A DNA stretch of 64,000 bases from NCBI GenBank assembly GCA_023411215.1, contig JAEYOY010000038.1, forward strand, positions 1 to 64,000. The letters are read 5' to 3'. The notes beneath the pieces are model-generated. The model worked only from the letters and a program-made list of their open reading frames with translations. It had not been told where the DNA came from and did no database searches. Positions 1-10,901 of this stretch are shown here, in pieces. Positions within the stretch are counted from its first letter, which is position 1, and every line of letters begins with the position of its first letter. Position numbers and translations under genes: made by a program. This stretch comes from Bacillota bacterium. GTDB taxonomy: Bacteria > Bacillota > Clostridia > Lachnospirales > Lachnospiraceae.

Positions 1-300
1 GCTGTGTGGAGGGCACTGATCACCGCAGGAGACAGAGGAAGCGTAACATCACCGATGCCCAGGCGTATGATTTTACTCTCCGGATTCGCCTCGCTATATT
101 CTCTTACCTTTCTGCCGATGGTGGAAAACAAATAGCTTCCCGGTAATTTCAGATAATTCTCATTAATCTTGAACATATATCAAACCAACCTTTCCGATGG
201 AACATCATCCCTATTGCTAAGCTCTGACATCCTCTTAAACTTTATTATATTTATAACTCAAAATGCAACTTTATACTAGATGAATTTTGAATCTACTCAT

Positions 301-1134
301 CTATAGGTCTATCTCACCTTCAAATACCTTCACTGCCGGACCGGTCATGAATACAGTATTTTGTTTCTCATCATATCTTACCTTCAGATCTCCACCTAAC
401 AGGCTTACTGTAACCTCATGATCGGTAAAGCCGTTCAGAATACAAGCCACAACACTAGCACAGGCGCCGGTTCCACAGGCCAGGGTCTCCCCTGAGCCAC
501 GCTCCCATACACGCATCTTAATATGACTTCGGTCTATTACCTGAATGAATTCAGTATTCACTCTCTCCGGAAACATCTCATGATACTCGAACTTCGGCCC
601 AATCACCTCAAGAAGAAGCGAATCGATATCTTCAACGAATACGACTGCATGAGGATTCCCCATCGATACGCAGGTAATCTCATAACTCTGATCATCTATG
701 GTAATCGGCTCTTTGATCAGCAGCTCCTTTTCGGAAATCACAGGTATTAATGGTGCCTTAGTGATCGGCGCTCCCATATCCACTGTGACCCAGGTTACCT
801 TGCCATCCTCAACCGTTAAATCCAATACCTTAATACCACTTAGAGTTTCAATTCTAAGCTGCTTTTTATCCGTCAGGCCATAATCATAGACATACTTTGC
901 CACACAACGGATACCGTTACCACACATTTTTCCGCTGGAGCCGTCATTGTTATACATGTCCATATAAAAATCCGCTATTTGTGAAGGCCTGATTAGGATT
1001 AGACCGTCAGAACCTATTCCAAAGTGTCTGTCACTTACCTTAATCGCTGTCTCCGGTATATGGTCAATAAGCTCCTTTGTACAATCGACATAGACATAAT
1101 CGTTGCCACACCCTTGCATCTTTGTAAATTTCAT
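301..1134 (-). CDS. dapF: diaminopimelate epimerase
   Basis: 277 aa. N-terminal GCGNDYV motif and paired catalytic Cys regions ([14 protein letters not shown]) typical of DapF. Confidence 0.9.
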   Translation of the reverse strand: MKFTKMQGCGNDYVYVDCTKELIDHIPETAIKVSDRHFGIGSDGLILIRPSQIADFYMDMYNNDGSSGKMCGNGIRCVAKYVYDYGLTDKKQLRIETLSGIKVLDLTVEDGKVTWVTVDMGAPITKAPLIPVISEKELLIKEPITIDDQSYEITCVSMGNPHAVVFVEDIDSLLLEVIGPKFEYHEMFPERVNTEFIQVIDRSHIKMRVWERGSGETLACGTGACASVVACILNGFTDHEVTVSLLGGDLKVRYDEKQNTVFMTGPAVKVFEGEIDL

Positions 1135-1372
1135 AACAATACCAACCTTTCTTTTTACAGTTTAGTTACTGTATGAAAATAATTTTCATGTTATTTCATT
1201 GGAAATTACAATGATTGATATTATAGCAAAAACTGGACTGCAGGTAAAGACATCTTTTTTTATACAGCACAAAACACATGATACTTAGCACTTTCTTCTG
1301 CTAATTAAACGGATGCAATTTTCAAATCCATCTCCTCTACAAACTGACTTAGCAAACGCACCAAATCATTCT

Positions 1373-1636
1373 CTGCGGCGGCGCAAACAACGACTTATAA
1401 TGTTTATCACATCAGTCATTAAAAAGAATAGCGTGTGACTATTAATCCATAAAGAGACCGTTTGCCGCCATCGGTACTTAGGTTGTGGCAGATGCTTTTA
1501 TCTGTCACAACCTTATGTACCGCTATGTGCGGCAACCGAGTGAGAACGTGTCTTAAGTTAGATTAATAGTCACATGCTATTTTTGTAAAACTTAATATGT
1601 GATAAACATCACTAACTTGAAAAGGGCGCCGCACAT
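1373..1636. repeat. large imperfect nested inverted repeat (~75-bp arms around a ~110-bp core) between dapF and the ANTAR gene
   Basis: Left arm 1373-1448 (gcggcggcgc...atgtttatcacat...aatagcgtgtgactattaatc) is the near reverse complement of right arm 1561-1636 (gattaatagtcacatgctatt...atgtgataaacat...gggcgccgc). The core carries further hairpins (ggttgtggcagatgcttttatctgtcacaacc). Confidence 0.5.
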
Positions 1637-1682
1637 TGATGCGACAGCCCCCAAAAGCAGCAATATAGCTGTTCCTGTTTGA

Positions 1683-2228
1683 TTAGTGATAAAACATCTT
1701 TAGTACCATCTCTGACATCTCTACCAGATTCGTCCCACTGTCCATACTTGTTTTCTGAAGATAACGATGTGCTTCTTCTTCACTCATATTATTCCGATCC
1801 ATTAATATCAGCTTAGCCTTCTTAATCGTTGCTATTTCCTCTTCCGATCGTACCTTTGGTCTATCCTTTTCCTTCTTCTTCCGACGCTGATACTGATATG
1901 ACATCATCTGAAGAGTATTGAGTAAATCATGGGTTTTAATCGGCATTGGTAAACAGACGATATTATTCTGACAAAATTCCAGCTTCTCAGGAGAAGCAAT
2001 CATAAGCATTTCAAAACCTTTCGGCAGATAATTATAGAGCTCACTGAAATGCATATCCGAAAATCGATAACCGCAAACAACGATTCCTGCATCCAAGTCA
2101 TTGGCATGACTGACTATCTGAGAGCCTAAGGTACAGGAGTCGCTGACATTATATCCATTTCTTATTAATAGATTCTTAATACTGTTTGCATCTTCCAGCT
2201 TTGGGAATCCCACTATTATACTAAACAC
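1683..2228 (-). CDS. ANTAR-domain response-regulator-like RNA-binding antiterminator (NitR/GlnR-type, downstream of glnA)
   Basis: 181 aa. C-terminal ANTAR signature (IATIKKAKLILMDRNNMSEEEAHRYLQKTSMDSGTNLVEMSEMVL). Position immediately 3' of glnA as in clostridial glnA-nitR loci. Confidence 0.75.
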   Translation of the reverse strand: MFSIIVGFPKLEDANSIKNLLIRNGYNVSDSCTLGSQIVSHANDLDAGIVVCGYRFSDMHFSELYNYLPKGFEMLMIASPEKLEFCQNNIVCLPMPIKTHDLLNTLQMMSYQYQRRKKKEKDRPKVRSEEEIATIKKAKLILMDRNNMSEEEAHRYLQKTSMDSGTNLVEMSEMVLKMFYH

Positions 2229-2280
2229 ATCTGTTCACCTCCGTTCTCTCATCTTAAATATATAACGTGAAGTAACAGAT

Positions 2281-3612
2281 TTATATGCGATATAAATATT
2301 GATCCAACTCCCACCTAGTAACCTGAGTTCTGTAATCCTCCCATTCAACCTTTTTTGCCTCAATATATTTCTTGCTGATATGCTCTCCTAATACATCCTT
2401 CACGAAATCACTCTTTTCAAGATCAGCGATTGCTTCGCAAAGATTTAATGGAAGACGGCGAACATCCAGACGCGCTCTCTCCTGCTCTGACATCTCAAAC
2501 ACATTACAATCAATACTCTGCGGTGGAGTAAGCTTATTCTTAATCCCATCCAGACCTGCTGCCAGGCATAATGCCAAGGTAAGATAAGGATTTGCAGAAG
2601 GGTCGGGATTACGAAGCTCCAGTCTGGTGGATGCTCCGCGGTTAGCTGGGATGCGTATGAGCGGACTACGATTGGAAACCGACCAGGCAACATAAACCGG
2701 TGCTTCATAATTTGGAACCAATCTCTTATAGGAATTAACCAATGGATTGGTGATCGCAGCCATGCTTTCGATATGCTTCATGATACCTGCAATAAAATAA
2801 TAGGCTTCCTTACTCAACCCAAGCTTATCGTTAGTGTCTTCAAATATATTCTTTCCGTCTTTTTTCAGGGACATGTTAACATGCATGCCAGAGCCGTCTA
2901 CACCGTACTTCGGTTTCGGCATAAAGGTCGCATGAAGTCCATGGCGCTTTGCAATCGTTCGTGCTACCAATTTAAAAGTCATAATATTGTCAGCAGTCGT
3001 TAATGCATCATCGTATTTGATATCAATTTCATGTTGAGCAGGAGCTACCTCGTGATGGGAGGCTTCCACATTTAACCCCATCTCTTCCAGAGTAAGTACC
3101 ATATCACGCCTTGCATTTTCACCAAAGTCAAGGGGCCCTAAATCAAAATATCCCGCTCTCTCGTTGGTGTTGGTCGTAGGCTGTCCATTCTCCTCCATAT
3201 GGAATAAAAAGAACTCAAGCTCCGGGCCTACATCAAAGGTGTAGCCCATCGCTTCTGCTTCTTCAATCGTCTTGCGAAGAATATATCTTGGATCTCCTGC
3301 AAAGGGCTTGCCATCCATTGTATAAACATCACAAATCAATCGAGCCACCTTACCCTGCTGAGGTCTCCAGGGAAATGTAACATAGGTATCCAGATCCGGA
3401 TGCAAATACATATCAGATTCCTCAATACGTACGAAGCCTTCAATGGAAGATCCGTCAAACATACATTGATTATCCAGTGCCTTCTCCAACTGGTTCGTTG
3501 TGATTGCAACATTTTTCAGATTACCAAACATATCTGTAAACTGCAAACGAATAAACTCAACGTCATCCTCTTCCACCATTCTCATAATATCGTCTCTCGT
3601 ATACTTTTTCAT
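2281..3612 (-). CDS. glnA: glutamine synthetase, type I
   Basis: 443 aa, full-length GS-I architecture, strongly conserved along the whole length. Confidence 0.95.
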   Translation of the reverse strand: MKKYTRDDIMRMVEEDDVEFIRLQFTDMFGNLKNVAITTNQLEKALDNQCMFDGSSIEGFVRIEESDMYLHPDLDTYVTFPWRPQQGKVARLICDVYTMDGKPFAGDPRYILRKTIEEAEAMGYTFDVGPELEFFLFHMEENGQPTTNTNERAGYFDLGPLDFGENARRDMVLTLEEMGLNVEASHHEVAPAQHEIDIKYDDALTTADNIMTFKLVARTIAKRHGLHATFMPKPKYGVDGSGMHVNMSLKKDGKNIFEDTNDKLGLSKEAYYFIAGIMKHIESMAAITNPLVNSYKRLVPNYEAPVYVAWSVSNRSPLIRIPANRGASTRLELRNPDPSANPYLTLALCLAAGLDGIKNKLTPPQSIDCNVFEMSEQERARLDVRRLPLNLCEAIADLEKSDFVKDVLGEHISKKYIEAKKVEWEDYRTQVTRWELDQYLYRI

Positions 3613-3778
3613 CTACACCACTCCTTACAATTTATTATATGATTCACAATAAACATTTACGTCTAAATTCATTAAGCCCCAATCATTTCCACGTTCACTG
3701 AGTCTGATTATTCCATAAGACGCCTTTTCCTATGAAACGACGGAGTGCTTTTACATCGGATGTAATCACCTATGTATT

Positions 3779-3816
3779 AAAAAAAGACGAGGGAATCCAT
3801 CGGAACCCCTTCGTCC
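3779..3816 (-). terminator. intrinsic terminator hairpin (ADH terminator and/or glnA leader attenuator)
   Basis: Minus-strand gacgaaggggttccgatggattccctcgtc followed by a U7 run. It lies 79 nt after the ADH stop and ~170 nt before the glnA start. Confidence 0.5.
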
Positions 3817-3894
3817 ATATTAAATAAGATAATAACAGCAGGTATACCGCCTTGTCAATATTTTATTTTCTATATTTCTTATCAAAACTTCCAC

Positions 3895-5073
3895 TTATGA
3901 TAAGACCGAGAGACTCCTATTATAGATAGCTTCGATATCTTCCTTCGTCGGTATCACTCTGGAATTCGTCACATTTTTTGCCTGGAAAGCAATGGCTGTA
4001 TAACGCTCAAGTTCCTTCGCTGTGATCTGCTCTCTATCTCCAAGAAGACGCAGAAATATTGCTTCGAACTCATCCAGTGAGGATACTCCTGCTGCTGAAA
4101 GTATTTTCTTAACCACTTCGGTGTCATGCTTGGCAACAAAACGAAGAAAGCTTGGCAGGATCAAACCATTCGCTCTGCCATGATCTAAATTCTTGAAATA
4201 TGTCAAGCAATAACCCATAGGGTGCACTACAGTCGTTCCGGTATGAGCAATCACAACTCCAGCAAGCATGGATGCATAGAGAAGCTTTTCTCTAATATCA
4301 ATAGAGATTCTATTATTATCATTCACAGTCGGACTTGGTGAAAGGCTGCTCAGACATTGTCTAATACGGCTAATGCTTTCGATAGCCAAAGCATCACTTA
4401 CACTGGAAGCTCGAACGGATAGCATACCCTCAATAGAATGTGATAAGGCATCCAATGCCGTATTGATCGTTGTCAGCATCGGCAGGCTTTTTGTGTATCT
4501 GGCATCCAAAAAGGCTATCTTCGGAAAAAGTATCGGAGATGATATGCTTGTCTTCGTTTGTTTTAAATCATTTGTTATGATTGAATAAGGAGTTACTTCT
4601 GATCCCGTCCCAGCAGTAGTCGGAATTAATATAATGGGTAAAGCCCGATTACCATATTTACTCAGGAAGAGCTCATCCTCCTTAATCTCCTGAATTGCCA
4701 GAAGCGCAATTGCTTTCGCAGCATCCATCGGCGAGCCTCCGCCAATTCCTATTATAAATTCAGCCTGTTTATCCTTTGCAAATTCCGCACCTTCATATAC
4801 GCTGGTTATCGTAGGATTGCTTTTTATCCTGTCATAGATTTCGAATTCAATTCCTTGACTTTGTAAGGACAGAGTCACATCCTGCAAAGCACCGCATACC
4901 TTGGCAGAGTTACCGCCGGTAACAATCAAGGCTTTCTTTCCGTAGTCCTTCCATAGTTCAGCATTCTTTTGTATGCATCCCTCCGACATAATTACTTTGG
5001 TAGGCATAAAGAAGTTGATCACCATACCTTGAATACACCTCCTCACATAAGCCAAATTCATCAAGCTAGTCAT
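3895..5073 (-). CDS. iron-containing (group III) alcohol dehydrogenase
   Basis: GGGSPMDAAKA motif and His-rich metal site (HTGTTVVHPMGY). The true start is probably the internal Met (MVINFFMPTKVIMSEG...), not the ORF-track start. Confidence 0.85.
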   Translation of the reverse strand: MTSLMNLAYVRRCIQGMVINFFMPTKVIMSEGCIQKNAELWKDYGKKALIVTGGNSAKVCGALQDVTLSLQSQGIEFEIYDRIKSNPTITSVYEGAEFAKDKQAEFIIGIGGGSPMDAAKAIALLAIQEIKEDELFLSKYGNRALPIILIPTTAGTGSEVTPYSIITNDLKQTKTSISSPILFPKIAFLDARYTKSLPMLTTINTALDALSHSIEGMLSVRASSVSDALAIESISRIRQCLSSLSPSPTVNDNNRISIDIREKLLYASMLAGVVIAHTGTTVVHPMGYCLTYFKNLDHGRANGLILPSFLRFVAKHDTEVVKKILSAAGVSSLDEFEAIFLRLLGDREQITAKELERYTAIAFQAKNVTNSRVIPTKEDIEAIYNRSLSVLS

Positions 5074-5237
5074 AAATCTAATTATACCTTCAATCTATTT
5101 TCTGTCAACAACTAAGAAACCTCGAATTTATTGGCGAATTATGGTAATTATTGGCGTATATTTGAAATACTTTTTGTTGTAATAGAAAAAAAATTGTTAT
5201 ATACTGGATTTATAAAAATTACTTTGGGGGTGTAGTT

Positions 5238-5927
5238 TTGCACATTGATTCAATTTCAAAAGGCGGATTGATGGAAGTAGAGGTCAGATGTAACGGTAAG
5301 ACAGTTACTTTCAAAAGTGAAGTAGCTCATATCATAAACAACTCTATTTTGATTGCACCCATTAAGGTAAATGAGCAGACCATCGGTTTTTCAGAAAGCT
5401 GTAAGATTAACTTCCTATATGTATTTGAGGGAAAGCTTTTTTTATGGGAGATCGCTAATGTTAAGCTCGTGAAATATGACGGTATTATTTATCATAAGAT
5501 TGATATTTTTGGTGACGGAAAGCCTTTCAACCGCCGTGATTCTTATCGAATGTTTATCGGTGAGGATATGCCTATTTATGTCAACACCGCTTCCGGACCT
5601 ACTGCGCTATCTGTCCTAATAAAGGATCTTAGTGAAACCGGTGTCGGTTTTATTGCCAAGGAAGACATCGATATTGAGCGTACCATCCGCCTTAAGCTGA
5701 AGGATAATAATTTAATTCTTAATCTATCCGGTATCATCGTTAGAAAAGAATTTCTTAATAATCTGGGCTCCTACTTATATGGTTGCCGCTTTAATGAGAA
5801 GAATGACAAATTATCGAGGTATATTGCAAAGAAGCAGAGCGAAGCCCTTCGCAAAAAGAATATTGGCGGTACTACATTGCATACCAGAGAAGCCGGTTCA
5901 AAATATGCCGAAATACTTAATAAATAA
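5238..5927 (+). CDS. PilZ-domain (c-di-GMP binding) protein, YcgR-like
   Basis: RxxxR motif (NRRDSYRM) and D-x-S-x-x-G motif (DLSETGVGF), with an N-terminal YcgR-N-like beta domain. Confidence 0.65.
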   Translation: MHIDSISKGGLMEVEVRCNGKTVTFKSEVAHIINNSILIAPIKVNEQTIGFSESCKINFLYVFEGKLFLWEIANVKLVKYDGIIYHKIDIFGDGKPFNRRDSYRMFIGEDMPIYVNTASGPTALSVLIKDLSETGVGFIAKEDIDIERTIRLKLKDNNLILNLSGIIVRKEFLNNLGSYLYGCRFNEKNDKLSRYIAKKQSEALRKKNIGGTTLHTREAGSKYAEILNK

Positions 5928-6066
5928 ACTATGAAAAATGACTTCACAATATAGAAGAAATATAAGGCAACTAGTCTGGTAATGTCCGCCAGACCAGTTG
6001 CCTATTTGATTTACGACCTTAGAAGGTTCACAAAGCGTTCCTTTTATTGATTGTTGAAAAGCAGGA

Positions 6067-8076
6067 TTATAATTGCTCCTCCACCTTATTCTTTGTCTCT
6101 TCCTTATCTGATATTGCTTTCTTATCCGTTCCAACCGAGTTGTGGTCTAAGGATACACCCAGTTTTTCGATGGTAATGAATTTTAGTAAGGTATCCATGA
6201 CAGTACCGCTGTTATTATAACTGTCGCCTTCACCTGAGCCCATATTAACTACAGTCTTAGGTACGATATCAACCGTTGCATTCTTAATGGCATCGGATAG
6301 CTTATCTGTAATCTCCTGTATAACCCTATACTCAGCGCCGCCATAAGCCTTTACCTGAGCATCAATTGCACGTGCCTTCGCAAGACCTACATTACGTTCC
6401 TTTGAGGCTTCTGCTTCACCCTCTAAGGTAATTCTTGAGGAATTCGCTTTTGCCAGAGCGATGATCTGATTTGCTTCCTGCTCTGCCTTGCTTGCTAATG
6501 CAGCACCACTATTACGCTCAATATCAATTTGAATCTTAGACTTCGTAAGGAAGCTCTGCTGTTCTGCAACAGCCTGTGCTTCACGCAGTGATTTCTCGCT
6601 TTCTGCTGCGGATTGCTGCTTCTGATATGTAACCTTCTTCTCCTCTGCAATCTGTCTCTCACGGAGTTGAGTCAGTATGTTCTCAATCTGAATATCCTCT
6701 ACCGGAGATTTTGGTGTACCGATTAATACCTCCTCCAGCTGTAGGTTGTATTTCTGGAATTTATCCTTCATCTCTCCAAGTGCTCTTTCACGTATCTCAC
6801 TGCGTTCTTGAATTAATTCTATTAAGGTTTTTGTCTGTGCAACATCCTTGAAGTAGGCGCTAACCAACGGATCAAGTGACTGATTGACCAGCATGCTGAT
6901 GTCACCGAAACGTTGAATTACCCAAGGAGCCTGCTTATAATCAATGTGCATAACAACAGAAAGCGGTAAGGAAGGTTCAAACGCATCCTTTGTAATGATA
7001 TCAACCTCCGTTAGATTCTCATCGTATTTGTGAGTCCCGATTTCCGACTTATTCCATTTCAATATGATATTCGTTGTAGGAACGAGGACAACGCGACCGG
7101 CATCGGTGTTGAATGCATATTTACCTGGCATAAGTGGCTTCTCCAAGACACCTTTGCATCCCTGCCCAACAAGCTCACCATGCTTATAATCGCTACCGGT
7201 GGTATCCACACCCTCTACACCGAAGAAGGATACGACTACACCTACGAAACCAATCGGAACCACAGTCTTCTGCCTGAATTCTACCGTCGCAAATAATCGA
7301 TTAATATAATAGGTACCATCGGTAAGAACCTGAATTTGTTTACCACGTCTTCCGCCCAGTAAGAGGAACTTCTCCGGATCCTGGAAGCTTGCATGCTCTT
7401 CTCCTACATAAGAAGCAATGATTTCGCCTTCTTGCAGAGATGGTCCGTCATGGACCGTTACAATTCCCATTAGATCGCTGGCTTCTGCTCCATGTCCCAT
7501 AATAATTACCGGACTGAAAGCATTTCTTTCCAGCAATGTCTTCTGCATGGAAATCAATTCCATCCGCTCATTCTTAGAACTATTGAAGGCAGCCTTGATA
7601 TCGGTAGGTGTAATAACAATAAATTGTACCAGATTAATTGCGTAAGTACCTTCTCTTAAAATACTTCGCTGCGGTCCCCTCTGTCCGCCATTTTTTAAGA
7701 AGCCTGTTACATCCTGAAAGTTATTCGCCTCCGGTATAACCTTACCTAAGGTCTGTATCGGAGACAAAGGTGCTCCGTCACGGGCAAATATATACGCGAT
7801 CTGACCTTGCGGAATCGTGATTAGAGGGTAACGGTGTAATTTGTACATAAGCGCTGTCTTAAAATGTATACCACCACGAAGTACGTGAGGTGCATAACCG
7901 GCCTCACCGTTAAGAGCGATAATCGAATCCTTTAAGGATCCCCTTAAGCTCCACCATTTCTCCACTACTGCTACTTGATCCGAGGATATCACCCTCAATC
8001 CAAGGATCACGAAGATCAGTAAGTAAAGGCCTACCAAAGCTCCTGCAACCATTCCTAAAATCATAAACAACTCCAT
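6067..8076 (-). CDS. flotillin-like SPFH/band-7 family membrane protein (YqiK-like)
   Basis: N-terminal TM helix, SPFH-like core, and a long C-terminal Ala/Glu-rich coiled coil (EAEA-type flotillin repeats: AEQEANQIIALAKA...EGEAEASKERNVGLAKARAID). Confidence 0.6.
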   Translation of the reverse strand: MELFMILGMVAGALVGLYLLIFVILGLRVISSDQVAVVEKWWSLRGSLKDSIIALNGEAGYAPHVLRGGIHFKTALMYKLHRYPLITIPQGQIAYIFARDGAPLSPIQTLGKVIPEANNFQDVTGFLKNGGQRGPQRSILREGTYAINLVQFIVITPTDIKAAFNSSKNERMELISMQKTLLERNAFSPVIIMGHGAEASDLMGIVTVHDGPSLQEGEIIASYVGEEHASFQDPEKFLLLGGRRGKQIQVLTDGTYYINRLFATVEFRQKTVVPIGFVGVVVSFFGVEGVDTTGSDYKHGELVGQGCKGVLEKPLMPGKYAFNTDAGRVVLVPTTNIILKWNKSEIGTHKYDENLTEVDIITKDAFEPSLPLSVVMHIDYKQAPWVIQRFGDISMLVNQSLDPLVSAYFKDVAQTKTLIELIQERSEIRERALGEMKDKFQKYNLQLEEVLIGTPKSPVEDIQIENILTQLRERQIAEEKKVTYQKQQSAAESEKSLREAQAVAEQQSFLTKSKIQIDIERNSGAALASKAEQEANQIIALAKANSSRITLEGEAEASKERNVGLAKARAIDAQVKAYGGAEYRVIQEITDKLSDAIKNATVDIVPKTVVNMGSGEGDSYNNSGTVMDTLLKFITIEKLGVSLDHNSVGTDKKAISDKEETKNKVEEQL

Positions 8077-8415
8077 AACTATCTCCCACTTCTTTCTTTT
8101 TTATTTTTGTACAGGGGGAAGGTTAATTCCTTCTTACTCTGACAATGTTTCCTTATAATCCCAATATACTCCTTCTCCGGGAAAATACAACATCTGGAAA
8201 TTAAAAAAAGATTAAAATCATATTAAAGAGCATTATCTCATAATATGTCAGGAAAAGAAGACAAGCCGGACGATATGCTACAGTACAGATTATGCTTTTG
8301 GTATCCGAGTTATGAATTGAAATAGAGTGGCTATTGCATGGTATAAAAGAAAGAACAACATGCATGCTGTCCTTTCCTTATGCTTCAACCTGCGTTTTGC
8401 AACATCAGGAGGTTT

Positions 8416-10344
8416 TTATTCTTCCGGTATCCATACCCTCATCTGGCCTAAGCCACGATTGCCCCAGACATAATATGGGACCGCTGTTATTGTGGTGGGC
8501 TGAGGCTGAGGACGAACCCGTGAATAGAGACCGGGAGCAGACTGCATCCGATACCCCTTTGTCTTCAGCAAATTAATACCACCAAAAAGGTTATGATTAA
8601 ACTCTAGTTTCAATTCTGAAGACTTTGCTAAACGCAGGCTGTGAACCTCCCCGTCATTATCTATTCCTTCCAGACAATATACGAAGGGACCGCTCTGAAG
8701 AGCAGCATAACCCTCATTATTGTGAACTAAGGTGTTGGAATAGATCCGGTAAGGCTCCATATCAAGCACGAGCTGCAGCTCGTCACCGTCTGCAAAGCTC
8801 TGATTCACATAGGCGTATCCATCCTTTACGATATCGGTCAGGCATAATTCTTTCTTATTATAATATAGCTTTGTCCTGGTAATATCACTCCAGCCAGGAA
8901 TTCGTATTGCCAATACAAAATTTGCTCTTGTTCCATCCATTGCAACCTTATAATTAATCTTGTCTCCGTATGGATAGTCTGTCTCTGTAATCAGCCTGCA
9001 GCCCTTTGACTCATTAAAATCGGTTTCTCCACCTATGAACAGGTTCGAAAAAATAGTACTTTCATTTTCCGACCAAGCATATAACTCCAGGGAGGAAATT
9101 AATCTGGCCACATTCGGTGGACAGCAGGCACAACCGAACCACTTCGGCCGCTCGGGCAGTACATGACGATGGGTCTGTGCTTTACCGGAAATTCCCGGTG
9201 TTACTTCCAGCGGGTTAACATAGAAGAAACGCTTACCGTCCTGACTCATTCCAGCCAGCACCGTATTATATAGTGCACGTTCCATGACATCAGCATATTC
9301 CCCCTTCGGTGACAGCTCCAACATCTTCTGTGCGAAGAAAATCAATCCAATTGAGGCACAGGTTTCCGCATATACCGTATCATTCGGCAAATCGTAATCC
9401 TCAGTAAAAGCTTCTCCGATCACGGTAGAGCCGATCCCTCCGGTAATATAGATACGTCGCTTGGTAATGCTTTCCCACAGATTCTCACAAGCCCTCTTCA
9501 GCTCTTCCTCTGAAGTCTCTCCTGCCAGATCAGCCATACCGGCATAAAGATATACAGCGCGTACACTATGACCGACTGCATCCTTCTGTTCACGGACCGG
9601 CGCATAATTCTGAGTATAATTCAAATCAAGCCCATCGGAATTCCAGATGGACCAGTCACGGTTCTCCTGCTCTTCCTTAAAGTAGTTAGGATGGGTACCA
9701 CGCTCGTTTATAAAATATTCACATAGCTTAAGGTATCGTTCTTCACCCGTAATGCGGTAAAGCTTCATCAGCGCCAGCTCAATCTCTGGGTGTCCCGGAA
9801 TACCGCGTACCTTACCCTTGCCAAAACGACGATCGATATGATCTGCCATACGCATCATCACCTTAAGCAGGCGATCCTTACCTGTTGCATTATAATAAGC
9901 GACAGCTGCTTCGATCATATGTCCGGCGCAGTAAAGCTCATGCCCCTCCTGTAGATCCGTCCATCGGCGGGTCGGCTCCTTCAGAGTAAAGAAGGTATTC
10001 AGGTAGCCATCCTCCTGTTGCGCTTTCTCAATAGCTTCTATTACCTCATCAACGACAGCCTCCAGCTTCTGATCAGGGCAGTTTGTCAGTGAATACGCAC
10101 AAGCCTCAATCCATTTGGCCACATCGCTGTCCTGGAATACCATCCCGTAAAACTCACCCTGCTTTGTACCGGCTGCAATTCTGAAATTCTCGATTGCATG
10201 GGACTTTTCCGCGTCCGGGATCTGATCCTCCAGCATCGCATATTGATAAGGCAGTACTTCTTCCCTGACCAGCTTTCGGTAGGAAGACCAAAATCTGTCC
10301 TTTATCTTAAAGTTCTTCATATTAATTGCATGTGACTGCTTCAT
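8416..10344 (-). CDS. glycoside hydrolase family 127 (beta-L-arabinofuranosidase-like, DUF1680)
   Basis: 642 aa. Conserved GH127 regions, including the Cys-rich zinc site near the C-terminal half (CACCPPN). Confidence 0.7.
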   Translation of the reverse strand: MKQSHAINMKNFKIKDRFWSSYRKLVREEVLPYQYAMLEDQIPDAEKSHAIENFRIAAGTKQGEFYGMVFQDSDVAKWIEACAYSLTNCPDQKLEAVVDEVIEAIEKAQQEDGYLNTFFTLKEPTRRWTDLQEGHELYCAGHMIEAAVAYYNATGKDRLLKVMMRMADHIDRRFGKGKVRGIPGHPEIELALMKLYRITGEERYLKLCEYFINERGTHPNYFKEEQENRDWSIWNSDGLDLNYTQNYAPVREQKDAVGHSVRAVYLYAGMADLAGETSEEELKRACENLWESITKRRIYITGGIGSTVIGEAFTEDYDLPNDTVYAETCASIGLIFFAQKMLELSPKGEYADVMERALYNTVLAGMSQDGKRFFYVNPLEVTPGISGKAQTHRHVLPERPKWFGCACCPPNVARLISSLELYAWSENESTIFSNLFIGGETDFNESKGCRLITETDYPYGDKINYKVAMDGTRANFVLAIRIPGWSDITRTKLYYNKKELCLTDIVKDGYAYVNQSFADGDELQLVLDMEPYRIYSNTLVHNNEGYAALQSGPFVYCLEGIDNDGEVHSLRLAKSSELKLEFNHNLFGGINLLKTKGYRMQSAPGLYSRVRPQPQPTTITAVPYYVWGNRGLGQMRVWIPEE

Positions 10345-10424
10345 TATATCCTCCTTAAATATATTTAAAAACGGCAGGTGGTCGGAATGACACCCACCGA
10401 ATACCGATTGAAGATGAGATAAAG

Positions 10425-10901
10425 CTATAGTTTGATTTTCTCCGACTTTGTATCATTTGCATTGCAATTATAATTTTGTCCCTTCCCTTTACGGCGGAAG
10501 AAGGTATCAATAATAAAGATGCCCAGTGCTATGGAACCGGCAATCTGTAAGGTTTCAAAAAAATAATAGGAAGTCCGTTCCACATTCCCCTCAACAATTC
10601 CCGTAACGATCTGATACATTCCCGCTCCCGGCACAAAAGGAATTACACCGGGAATTAAAAACATAGTTACCGGAGTCTTATAGATTCTGGCAAGGATATG
10701 GGAAGCCAGTGCCACTAAAATCGTAGCTACTAGTGTGGAAAGTACTTTATCCTCCAGTACCTCAAGGCCAATCAGATAGATGAGCCACCCAAAGCTCCCG
10801 GTCATTCCTGAATGTATGATATATTTTTTCGGCAGATAAAAAAGAATCGAGAAGGCTGCCGTAGCGATAAATGCACTGATTATTTGTAACAGCATAATCA
10901 T
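10425..10901 (-). CDS. threonine/serine exporter family protein, small subunit (ThrE_2/DUF3815)
   Basis: 158 aa, 4-5 TM helices. Translationally coupled (4-nt overlap) with the upstream DUF1212 partner. Confidence 0.7.
   Translation of the reverse strand: MIMLLQIISAFIATAAFSILFYLPKKYIIHSGMTGSFGWLIYLIGLEVLEDKVLSTLVATILVALASHILARIYKTPVTMFLIPGVIPFVPGAGMYQIVTGIVEGNVERTSYYFFETLQIAGSIALGIFIIDTFFRRKGKGQNYNCNANDTKSEKIKL

Noticed and set aside
523-883. Plus-strand ORFs of 75 and 61 aa inside dapF
   Set aside because: They lie entirely antisense within a well-conserved gene. They have no RBS and are low-complexity translations.
2372-3642. Several 71-87 aa ORFs on both strands inside glnA
   Set aside because: They overlap the strongly conserved GS-I reading frame. 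Antisense or out-of-frame artefacts.
5898-6134. 78-aa minus-strand ORF bridging the PilZ gene end and the flotillin gene start
   Set aside because: Overlaps two better-supported genes. Arg/Lys-rich translation with no domain.
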